Shown here in pieces: positions 1 to 10,618 of a stretch of 64,000 nucleotides of DNA; the first letter of the stretch is position 1; every line of letters begins with the position of its first letter. This DNA is from Hemiscyllium ocellatum. Its lineage: Eukaryota. The stretch lies in assembly GCF_020745735.1 (NCBI RefSeq), contig NC_083422.1:25792001-25856000 (forward strand). The letters are read 5' to 3'. The position numbers and the translations under genes were made by a program. The notes beneath the pieces were generated by a model. That model was not told where the DNA came from and ran no database searches. It was given only the letters and a program-made list of their open reading frames with translations.

Positions 1-1045
1 AGTCATACAAATAAAAATAATTGGCAAAGGAGTAATTGCCATAGTACCACTGTTCTTTCAATTTCATTAGCATGATTTAAAATAGAGCTGTTAAAATTTT
101 CACCCTTTTTTGACTATCCTTTGTCCTCCATATGCAAACTAAACAAAATAACAATACTTATTTTTCATTCCAAGTGAAACTGCACTCAGTTCAAGTCAGA
201 ACTATAAATGCATTTGAATGTTATAATTAGACTTAGCCCAAGTTAGTTTCCACTTAAAATTTATTAAACAGTCATTTGCTACCCTTTAAATTAGGTCGAG
301 AAAAAGGTTGTATCAGGCATTAATATAAACCTTTCTGCAGCACATTATTGGTCTGAAAACTAACTGAAGTTTATCAACCACTCCCTAATCAATTAAATTT
401 AAGCAGCTGCTGTGAAGTGTAAAAGCAACTTAACCATTCTTTTGATAATATGAGGTATTTGCAGCTGTTTTTCTTCAAACAATGCTTGTTTCTGCACGGT
501 ACAAGTAATTGCTTCAAGTGGCAAACGTGAAGAGAGGGTTTGGGACCGTGTTCCCTCCACATCATTTCACTGTTTAAAATTTCTTAGCATGTCCATGCTG
601 AATTCTCCTGGCGCAGAGGTTACAAATTTGCCAGTTACAGCTGCCACAAGGAAATCTATTTCTCACTAAGTGTTATATTTTTGGTGAGATTTTTGTGCAT
701 TGTAAAATGAAGCATGGCAGAGATCAAATTTGGGCCAGATTTTCCAGGCATTGTCACTGAGCTAATTTATTATTTATGCAATGAAAGGGCTCCACATTTC
801 TGACAGGAGATTCTGATCAGGGCTCCTTCAGAAATGTAGAACTGTTCTTTCACTCCAGATCCCTCGGAGTGCCAGACAGTTGTGAAAAGATAGGAGAAAG
901 TGAGGACTGCAGATGCTGGAGATCACCTCATCTTCATTCCCCTACGCTCTCGGATTAACGAGTTCAACATGCGGCGAGACATCGAACAATTCTTCCGCCA
1001 CCTTCGCCTCCGCGCCTACTTCTTCAACCAGGATTCTCGCCCACC

Positions 1046-1944
1046 CTCTGACACCCCTTCTCCCGCCTCCAACACACCCCACACCGTGCTGGCCTCTTAC
1101 CCGCCCTCGATCTCTTCATAGCCAACTGCCGCCGCGACATTAACCGCCTCAACCTCTCCACCCCTCTCACCCTCTCCAACCTCTCACCCTTGGAACATGC
1201 AGCCCTGCAATCCCTCCATTCCAACCCGAACCTCACTATCAAATGTGCAGACAAGGGAGGCGCGGTAGTAGTTTGGTGCACCGACCTTTACACTACTGAG
1301 GCTAAATGCCAGCTCGCGCACACCTCCTCCTACTGTCCCCTTGACCATGACCCCACCTCCCACCAACAAACCATTAACTCTCAGACCATCCATAACCTCA
1401 TCACGTCAGAGGATCTCCCATCCACTGCCTCCAACCTCATAGTCCCACAACCCCGCACCGCGCGTTTCTACCTCCTGCCCAAAATGCACTTGCATGGGCC
1501 CCAGCTATGCCTGCCTCTTCGTAGGATATGTGGAACAGTCCATCTTCTGCAGCTACACTGGCACCACCCCCCCACCTTTTCCTCCACTACATCGATGATT
1601 GTATCGGCGCTGCCTCATGCTCCCACGAGGAGGTTGAACAGTTCATCCACTTTACCAACACCTTCCACCCTGACCTCAAATTTACCTGGACCATCTCAGA
1701 CTCCTCCCTCACCTTCCTAGACCTTTCCATTTCTATCTCGGGTGACTCTGACACCCCTTCTCCCGCCTCCAACACACCCCACACCGTGCTGGCCTCTTAC
1801 CCGCCCTCGATCTCTTCATAGCCAACTGCCGCCGCAACATTAACCGCCTCAACCTCTCCACCCCTCTCGCCCTCTCCAACCTCTCACCCTTGGAACATGC
1901 AGCCCTCCAATCCCTCCGTTCCAACCCCAACCTCACGATCAAAT
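1046..1944 (+). repeat. 199-bp direct duplication inside the PLE (1046-1244 = 1746-1944)
   Basis: Direct alignment at offset 700; about 6 mismatches counted by eye. Confidence 0.9.
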
Positions 1945-3037
1945 TATCATTTACTACAAACCGACCGACTTCCACAGCTACCTAGACTACACCTCCTCCC
2001 ACCCTGCCCCCTGTAAAAATGCCATCCCATACTCCCAATTCGTTCGGCTCCGCCGCATCTGCTCCCAGGAGGCCCATTTCCAATACCGTACAACCCAAAT
2101 GGCTTTCTTCTTCAGAGATGGCAATTCCCCCCCAGACGTGATCAATAATGCCCTCCACTGCAACTTCCCACTCCTCCGCCCTTGAGCCCCGCCTCTCCAA
2201 TCACCACCAGGACAGAACCCGACTGGTCCTCACCTACCACCCCACCAACCTCCACATACATCGTATCATCCGTCGTCATTTCCGCCACCTCCAAACGGAC
2301 CCCACCACCAGAGATATATTTCCCTCCCCTCTCCTATCAGCGTTCCGAAAAGACCACTCCCTCCATGACTCCCTCGTCAGGACCACACCCCCCACCAATC
2401 TAACCTCCAATCCTGGCACCTTCCCCTGCAACCGCAAGAAATGCAAAACCTGCGCCCACACCTCCCCCCTTACTTCCCTCCAAGGCCCCAAGGGATCCTT
2501 CCATATCTGTCACAAATTCACCTGCACCTCCACACACATCATTTACTGCATCTGCTGCACCCGATGTGGCCTCCTCTATATTGGGGAGACAGGCCGCCTA
2601 CTAGCGGAACGTTTCAGAAAAAACCTCTGGGACACCCGGACCAACCAACCCAACCACTCTATGGCTCAACACTTCAACTCCCCCTCCCACTCCACCAAGG
2701 ACATGCAGGTCCTTGGACTCCTCCATCACCAGACCATAGCAACACGACGGCTGGAGGAAAAGCGCCTCATCTTCCGCCTAGGAACCCTCCAACCACAAGG
2801 GATGAACCTAGATTTCTCCAGTTTCCTCATTTCCCCTCCCCCCGACTCTCAGTCAAATCCCTCGAACTCAGCACCGCCTTCCTAACCTGCAATCTTCTAC
2901 CTGACCTCTCCGCCCCCACCACCACTCTGGCCTATCACCCTCATCTTGACCTCCTTCCACCTTTTGCATTTCCAACACCCCTCCCCCAAGTCCCTCCTCT
3001 CTACCTTTTATCTTAGCCTGCTGGACACACTTTCCTC

Positions 3038-3073
3038 ATTCCTGAAGAAGGGCTCATGCCTGAAACGTCGATT
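3038..3073 (+). ncRNA. Minimal type I hammerhead ribozyme motif (PLE pseudo-LTR)
   Basis: CTGAAGA-aGGGC-tcat-GCCT-GAAA-CGTC; conserved core boxes, stem II and GUC cleavage triplet. Confidence 0.8.
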
Positions 3074-3829
3074 CTCCTGCTCTTTGGATGCTGCCTGACC
3101 TGCTGCGCTTTTCCAGCAACACATTTTCAGCTCAGTTGTGAAAAGATGACCAGGCCATTTTTTCTCATAATTTCCATTTGCGGTCTTCTGTGACATAAAG
3201 GTCCAACATCACACACAGGTCCTGTGAAAGGGTAAGTACATAAGATGAATGTGTGAGATGTGGGTGTCAGGAGGCCAGTGTGCCAGGTGATTACCTGAAG
3301 TTGGCAAGAAGGCCACGTAAGTGATAAAGTTTAAGGTCAGTTGGGATGCCAAATGCAATGGTGAGAGTAGTGAGTGTTGGGTCTTGTGACAAAGGGTCTT
3401 GGATTTCAGGGGAGACAAGACTTCAGGTCCAATGGTGGAGATTGTTACATCCTTAGGGGAAAGGGAGATAAATTTAGGTTCTGGAGGATCAGATTTTTGG
3501 GAGAGGTGTAATTGGGGTCGGATGTGGTGATAAGTTAGGGTCAGTTTAAACTAGCAGTTAAACTAGATTTTTAATAGTTTAACTTTTCCTGAGTAACTTT
3601 TTACTTAATGCAGCAAAACCTTCCAAATTCTGAGTTATATAGATACTTCAGGAGGGTTCTGGGTGTAGCAAAATCAATTTCCCAGGCAATTGCCTGAACA
3701 CCTGCTATGCTGGGGATTCTGCAGGGGTCCCATGCCTGGCCACCTTAACCGCTGTCTGAAATGGTCTATCGAGCTGCTACAAAGCTGATAGAAAGTGGGG
3801 GGTGGGGGGGCACCTGGCTTATTCCTTGA

Positions 3830-3930
3830 TATAGGACATGGAGATGGCAAACATAGCCTGTTGACCTTGCAAAGTCATCAATATCTGTGGGCTTGTGACA
3901 AAATTGGGTGAGCTGTAAGATAGACTAGTG
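3830..3930 (+). mobile_element. L2/CR1-clade LINE fragment (start of APE endonuclease), continues at 8362
   Basis: NICGLVTKLGEL here resumes at 8362 as LVKLQPESVIVMESNLTDNVP; actagt is present at both junctions (3924-3929, 8363-8368). Confidence 0.5.
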
Positions 3931-4044
3931 TATCTATAAAACAAGAGAGGAAAAGGCCATTCAGCCCCTTGATCCTGCTCAACTATTCAATAAGACCATG
4001 GTTGATCTTATTGCAACTTCAAATCCACATCCCCCACCGCTCCC

Positions 4045-4045
<1 letters not shown>

Positions 4046-4081
<36 letters not shown>
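4046..4081. repeat. Poly(C) tract of about 36 nt (poly-G on minus strand)
   Basis: Uninterrupted C run read directly. Confidence 0.95.
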
Positions 4082-4082
<1 letters not shown>

Positions 4083-4580
4083 CCATCCCTGATAACTTTC
4101 CAGCCCCTAACTTAACGGAAATTGCTCTACCTCTACTGTATAAATATTCTAGGACTCTGCTTCTATCATTTTTCAGGGAGAGGAATCCAAGGAACATCAA
4201 TTTTCTGAGAGAAGAAAAATCTCATCTCTGTTTCAAATGGGCAATCCCTAATGTTTAAACAGTGGCCTGCACCTCTGGGCTGCCCCAGAAAAGGAAGCAT
4301 ACTTGGTACGTCTGCTGTCAATATCCTTCAGGATTATTTATGTTTCAATAAAATCACCCCTTACTCTTCTAAATTCCAACCGATGCAAGCCTAGCCTGTC
4401 TAACTGTTTCTCATAAGATATCATGCCCATTCCAAATAATACTTTATTAAACATTCTCTGCCGTCAGTGCATTGACATCATTTCTTAAATACCATGAGCA
4501 ATTCTGTGCATTGTGCTCCAGACCTGAAAATGTGTTTCTGGAAAAGCGCAGCAGGTCAGGCAGCATCCAAGGAGCAGGAG

Positions 4581-4616
4581 AATCGATGTTTCGGGCATGA
4601 GCTCTTCTTCAGGAAT
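4581..4616 (-). ncRNA. Minimal hammerhead motif, mutated stems
   Basis: Reverse complement reads attc-CTGAAGA-agagc-tcat-gccc-GAAA-catc-gatt. Confidence 0.65.
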
Positions 4617-7600
4617 GAGCAAGGTGTGCCAAGCAGGCTAAGATAAAAGGTAGGGAGGAGGGACTTGGGGGAAGGGCGTTGGAAATGCGATAGGTGGAAG
4701 GAGGTAAAGGTGAGGGTGATAGGCTGAAGTGAGGGTGGGGGCGGAGAGGTCAGGTAGAAGACTGCAAGTTAGGAAGGTGGTGCTAAGTTCGAGGGTTGGG
4801 ACTGAGACAAGGTGGGGGGAGGGGAAATTAGGAAACTGGAGAAATCTGAGTTCATCCCTTGTGGTTGGAGGGTTCCTAGGCGGAAGATGAGGTGCTCTTC
4901 CTCCAGCCGTCGTGTTGCTATGGTCTGGCGATGGAGGAGTCCAAGGACCTGCATGTCCTTGGTGGAGTGGGAGGGGGAGTTGAAGTGTTGAGCCACAGAG
5001 TGGTTGGGTTGGTTGGTCCGGGTGTCCCAGAGGTGTTCTCTGAAACGTTCCGCAAGTAGGTGGCCTGTCTCCTGAATATAGAGGAGGCCACATCGGGTGC
5101 AGCGAATGCAGTAAATGATGTGTGTGGAGGTGCAGGTTATTTTGTGGCAGATATGGAAGGATCCCTTGGGGCCTTGAAGGGAAGTAAGGGAGGAGGTGTG
5201 GGGGCAAGTTTTGCATTTCTTGCAGTTGCAGGGGAAGGTGCTGGGAGTGGAGGTTAGGTTAGTGGGGTGTGTGGACCTGACGAGGGAGTCACGGAGGGAG
5301 TGGTCTTTTTGGAACGCTGATAGGGGAGGGGAGGGAAATATATCCTTGGTGGTGGGGTCCGTTTGGCGGAAATGACGACGGACGATACAATGTATGTGGA
5401 GGTTGGTGGGGTGGTAGGTGAGGACCAGTGAGGTTCTGTTCTGGTGGCAATTGGAGGGGCGGGGCTCAAGGGTGGAGGAGTGGGAAGTGGAGGAGATGTG
5501 GTGGAGAGCATCGTCAATCACATCTGGGGGAAAATTGTGGTCTTTGAAGAAGGAGGCCATTTGGGCTGTACGGTATTGGAACTGGTCCTCCTGGGAGCAG
5601 ATGCGGCAGTGACAAAGGAATTGGGAATATGAGATGGCATTTTTACAGGGGGCAGGGTGGGAGGAGGTGTAGTCTAGGTAGCTGTGGGAGCCAATCAGTT
5701 TATAGTAAGTGTCCATGTTGATTTGGTTGCCCGAGATAGAAATGGAGAGGTCTGGGAAGGGGAGGGAGGAGTCTGATACGGTCCAGGTAAATTTGAGGTC
5801 GGGGTGGAAGGTTGGTAAAGTGGATGAACTGTTCAACCTCCTCGTGGGAGCACGAGGCAGCGCCGATACAGTCATCGATGTAGCGGAGGAAAAGGTAGGG
5901 GGGGTGGTGCCAGTGTAGCTGCGGAAGATGGGCTGTTCCACATATCCTACAAAGAGGCAGGCATAGCTGGGGCCCATGCAGGTGCCCATGGCTACTCCTT
6001 TGGTTTGGAGGAAGTGGGAGGATTGGAAAGAGACATCGTTCAGAGTGAGGACTAGGAGGGTCCTATTTCTACCTCCCGTTTCTACCTCCTGCCCAAAATC
6101 CACAAACTTGACTGCCCTGGCCGACCCATTGTCTCAGCCTGCTCCTGCCCCACAGAACTCATCTCTGCATACCTCGACAAGGTCCTGTCCCCCTTAGTCC
6201 AAGAACTCCCCACCTACGTTCGGGACACTACCCATGCCCTCCAATCCCTCCATGATTTTTGCTTCCCCAGTCAACAACGCCTTATCTTCACCATGGACAT
6301 CCAGTCCCTGTACACCTCATCGCCCATCATGAAGGACTCAAAGCCCTCCACTACTTCCTTTCCCGCTGTACCAACCAGTACCCTTCCACTGACACCCTCC
6401 TTCGACTGACTGAACTGGTCCTCACTCTGAACAACCTCTCTTTCCAATCCTCCCACTTCCTCCAAACCAAAGGAGTAGCCATGGGCACCCACATGGGCCT
6501 CAGCTATGCCAGCCTCTTCGTAGGATATGTGGAACAGCCCATCTTCCGCAGCTACACTGGCACCACCCCCCACCTTTTCCTCCGTTACATCGATGACTGT
6601 ATCGGCGCTGCCTCGTGCTCCCATGAGGAGGTTGAACAGTTTATCCACTTTACCAACACCTTCCACCCCGACCTCAAATTTACCTGGACCGTCTCAGACT
6701 CCTCCCTCCCCTTCCCAGACCTCTCCATTTCTATCTCGGGCGACCAAATCAACATGGACATTTACTATAAACCGACCGATTCCCACAGCTACCTAGACTA
6801 CACCTCCTCCCACCCTGCCCCCTGTAAAAATGCCATTCCATATTCCCAATTCCTTCGTCTCCACCGTATCTGCTCCCAGGAGGACCAGTTCCAATACCGT
6901 ACAACCCAGATGGCCTCCTTCTTCAAAGACCGCAATTTCCCCCCAGACGTGATCGATGATGCCCTCCACCGCATCTCCTCTACTTCCCGCTCCTCCGCCC
7001 TCAAGCCCCACCCCTCCAATCGCCATCAGGACAGAACCCTACTAGTCCTCACCTACCACCCCACCAACCTCCATACACATCGTATCGTCCATCATCATTT
7101 CCGCCACCTCCAAACAGACCCCACCACCAAGGATACATTTCCCTTCCCTCCCCTATCAGCGTTTCAAAAAGACCACACCCTCCGTGACTCCCTCGTCAGG
7201 TCCACACCTCCCATCAACCCAACCTCCAATCCCGGCACCTTCCCCTGCAACTGCAAGACATGCAAAATTTGTGCCCACATCTCCCCCCTTACTTCCCTCC
7301 AAGTCCCCAAGGGATCCTTCCATATCTGCCACAAATTAACCTGCACCTCCACACACATTATTTACTGCATCCACTGCACCCGAAGTGGCCTCCTCTATAT
7401 TGGGGAGACAGGCTGCCTACTTGCGGAACGCCCGGGGACACCCAGACCAACCAACCCAACCACCCCATGGCTTAACACTTCAACTCCCCCTTCCACTCCA
7501 CCAAGGACATGCAGGTCCTTGGACTCCTCCATCGCCAGACCATAGCAACATGACGGCTGGAGGAAGAGCACCTCATCTTCAGCCTAGGAACCCTCCAACT

Positions 7601-7836
7601 GCAAGGGATTTCTCCAGTTTCCTCATTTCCCCTCTCCCCACCTTGTCTCAGTCCCAACCCTCGAACTCAGCACCGCCTTCCTAACCTGTAATCTTCTTCC
7701 TGACCTCTCCGCCCCCACCCCCACTCTGGCCTATCACCCTCACCTTTACCTCCTTCCACCTATCACATTTCCAATGCCCCTACCCCAAGTCCCTCCTCCC
7801 TACCTTTTATCTTAGCCTGCTTGACACACCTTGCTC

Positions 7837-7872
7837 ATTCCTGAAGAAGGGCTCATGCCCGAAACGTTGATT
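7837..7872 (+). ncRNA. Minimal hammerhead motif
   Basis: CTGAAGA-aGGGC-tcat-GCCC-GAAA-CGTT-ga. Confidence 0.78.
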
Positions 7873-8349
7873 CTCCTGCTCCTTGGATGCTGCCTGACCT
7901 GCTGTGCTTTTCCAGCAACACATTTTCAGCTCTGATCTCCAGCATCCTCACTTTCTCATTGTACTCCAGATGCCAGTTTACTGGTACCCTGTTTTATTGA
8001 AGCATAACCTCCCTATTTTCATGTTCAGCTCATCTTGTGATAAATGAAAACATTCTGTTAGATTACTTAATTATTCACTGTAGCCGCACACTAACCATTT
8101 GTGATTCATACATGACAATATGTACATCTCAGATCTCTCACCATTTAGGTTCATTTTGTTCTTCTTGCCAAATGGACAGTTTTATATATTCCCACATTGT
8201 ACTCCATTTTCCACATCTTTGCCCACTTAAACTATCAATATCTTCTTGTATCCTTGGGTCTTCTTCACAACTTGCTTCCTTACCAATCTTTGTGTCAGCA
8301 ACAAATCTGGCAACAATACCTCCCATCCCTTCAAGTCAGATTCTAGGAT

Positions 8350-8940
8350 TGATCACAGTTGCACTAGTCAAGCTACAGCCTGAGTCAGTCATAGTTATGG
8401 AATCAAACCTTACAGACAATGTCCCATACACCACCATCACTATCTCAGGCGATATCCTGTCCCACTGCCAGGAGGAAACACCAGAGTTGATGGCACATTG
8501 ATCTACAGTTGGACACCAACCAGTGCAAGTGTCACGGATGACGCATGTACATCCACCTCCTGAGCTCTTCAGCATCACAGTTGCCAGTCGACAACTAATT
8601 TGTTTCCCTCCACATAACATCAAAAAACAGCCGAAGGCACTGAAACTAAGGCTAAAGCCCCTGACAATGTTCCAGCAAGAGTACTAAAGACGTGTGCTCT
8701 AGGACAAGTTACATCCCTCGCCAAGTTGTTCCAGTGCAGCTGTAGCATTGTGGGGGTGGGGAGTGGGGTTCGGTGGAGAAAGCCCAAGTATGTCTTGTGC
8801 ACAAAGCAGGATTACTGCTCTATCAGTGTACTCTTGATCACAGTGATAGAAAGATTTGTTGGCAATGCTAGCAAGCAGCACTGACAAAGTAATAGCCTGC
8901 TCACTGATGCTCAGCGTAGTTTTTGCAGTGCCACTCAATA
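8350..8940 (+). mobile_element. L2/CR1-clade LINE ORF2 remnant (EN and pre-RT, internally deleted)
   Basis: QPESVIVMESNLTDNVP...TISG, and later KAKAPDNVPARVLKTCA (KAxGPDxIP motif). Confidence 0.55.
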
Positions 8941-9439
8941 TTTGAAACTACCACATGTTTGCACAGATTATCTGATGCTTGCGAGACAAACCCCACAAAA
9001 TGGATTCATGATAATTGAGAAAAATGCCATTAAACAAATCAAGGTGAAATTGATGAACACGAATGAACAAAGACTCAGTAATCATGCTTTCAAATGTTCC
9101 ACATTAAACAACAAGATGAATAAGTTTTTCTTTAATCATGAGAATGTTAGTCTGTGCATCACTAACTTTCCCCATATCCAGGGAATGGAAACCCTGAAGG
9201 TCAATGCAACTAATCTGCATTTTTCTCCGAGAGAAGCGGACACAATAATGGAATTCCTAAAACACAGGTCTCAGGACATCTTCAAATTTCTCTGTAATTA
9301 AAACAGAATTTATCATATTCAGCTGAATCATAAAGGGACTGAACACCAGAATGCAAAACTGAAAACACTGATTGAAAACTCCACTGTAACAAAAACAGAA
9401 CTTGACTTATTGAGTTACTGTAAGCCAGTCTCTACTGAT

Positions 9440-9830
9440 GGTTTCACCTTGTTCATTAGAGTTTCAGAAGATGCCATGTCACTGCACAGTTAAACATTCC
9501 TACACTTTGGAAATATGGCAATAATTTCTACTGTACTGCCTCTGTCTCGGAAAAAAATCAGTGATGCATTAAAAAGCATGAGTCACTTCCTGAACATGAT
9601 ACTACATTAAACTCTGAACAATAATCTCTACTGGAAGCTCAGAAGAACCCTATGGCAATTTATATTAAAAGAAGCTGTAACTTTCACTGCCGCTATCACA
9701 GCAGTTGAATTTTCTGAATCAGCATCGACTTTTGGAGCAATCAACTCACAGATCTTAATGACCTTGCTGCTCAGCTTGAACCTCTGTACATGCTGCTTTT
9801 GCAAGATATCACAGTAATTCATCCTCAGCT
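9440..9830 (-). pseudogene. PIF/Harbinger transposase fossil (N-terminal HTH region)
   Basis: QRFKLSSKVIKICELIAPKV...STAVIAAVKVTASFN, followed after frameshifts by VQEVTHAF and IFPK. Resembles the HARBI1-like pattern RFR..LC.LL....TALPVAVKVT.AL.F / V.EVT.AL / FP.V.G.IDC. Confidence 0.6.
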
Positions 9831-10305
9831 TATAATTTGTACTATCAAGATATTAACTCATTTAATTCAGCCCCTCCTGCATTGTTAAACCTGTTGAATC
9901 TCCTACCATGTTTTGGAAAAATCAATTACTCGAGCTAACCTAACCAGAGTGGCAAAAAGGTGCCGGTGGAAAGCTGAACATATTTTGAATAACTGATCAC
10001 GGTGAATAATTATAAGATGGGGTACACAAATTTCTGAGATTAATATAAAGTAGATGTGTTTCAACAGTTTGAATTTAAGAAAAAAATTATTTTTTTGTTT
10101 GATTTATATCTTGGTGCAGACTCAAATGGTAACCTTTCTTGAGAATAAGACATCAAAGGTGAAGCATGCCTCTTATCAGTATCAGCAAAGGGCCTAGTGC
10201 TTGTTTTAGCCATGGCTAATAGATGTTTCTTGCTTCACTTCACCCAATAGGCAGATAATGCATTTCCAGCTTGAAATGTGCCCATGCATCCTGTCTGTCA
10301 CATTA

Positions 10306-10618
10306 TCATAGAATCCATACAGTGTGAAAACAGACCATTGGCCCAATAGTCCACATAACCCTCTGAAGAGTATCCCACACAGACTCATTCCCCTACCCTA
10401 TTACTCTACATTTCCCCTGACTAATGCACCTAACCTACACATCCCTGAACACTTTAGCACTGCCAATTCACATAACCTGCACATCTTTGGATGGTGGAAG
10501 GAAACCCACACAGACATGGGGAGAATATGCAAACTCCACACAGTCACCCAAGGCTAGAATTGAACCCAGGTCCCTTGCACTGTGAGGCAGCAGTGCTAAC
10601 CAGTGAGCCACTTGCCAC
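10306..10618 (-). mobile_element. tRNA-derived SINE (shark HE1-like)
   Basis: Minus-strand A box (tggctcactgg) and B box (ggttcaattc), shared core, CR1-like tctatga tail. Confidence 0.8.

Larger units (their letters stand above)
892..3132 (+). mobile_element. Neptune-like Penelope-like retroelement (RT + GIY-YIG endonuclease), rearranged and non-intact, with inverted 3' tail at its left end
   Basis: ORF pieces show RT motifs (MGPSYA, YIDD), a CxxxxCxxC linker (CNRKKCKTC) and GIY-YIG EN (IIYCICCTRCGLLYIGETGR). A perfect 15-bp TSD cagttgtgaaaagat lies at 877-891 and 3133-3147. 892-925 is the reverse complement of the family 3' tail. Confidence 0.92.
4523..7956. mobile_element. Single Neptune-like PLE insertion forming a head-to-head inverted repeat: minus arm 4523-~6053 (no tail), plus arm ~6075-7956 (with tail)
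   Basis: ORFs 4769-6103(-) and 6259-7545(+) encode near-identical RT/GIY-YIG peptides. A 14-bp TSD cattgt(g/a)ctccaga lies at 4509-4522 and 7957-7970. Confidence 0.93.
3935..8340 (-). mobile_element. Old CR1 LINE 3' portion, split by the PLE insertion at 4523-7956
   Basis: Degenerate CR1 3' end at about 3940-4520. Minus-strand ORF 8138-8326 gives RFVADTKIG...IQEDIDSLSG (CR1 FADDTK motif). Confidence 0.65.

Noticed and set aside
3979-4258. Poly-Pro and poly-Gly ORFs
   Set aside because: Translation of the poly(C) tract within a CR1 remnant; no exon evidence.
4769-7545. Functional RT/endonuclease genes (444 aa and 428 aa ORFs)
   Set aside because: Both are 5'-truncated and frameshifted: the left arm shifts frame across YIDD, and the right arm is broken in the GIY-YIG domain.
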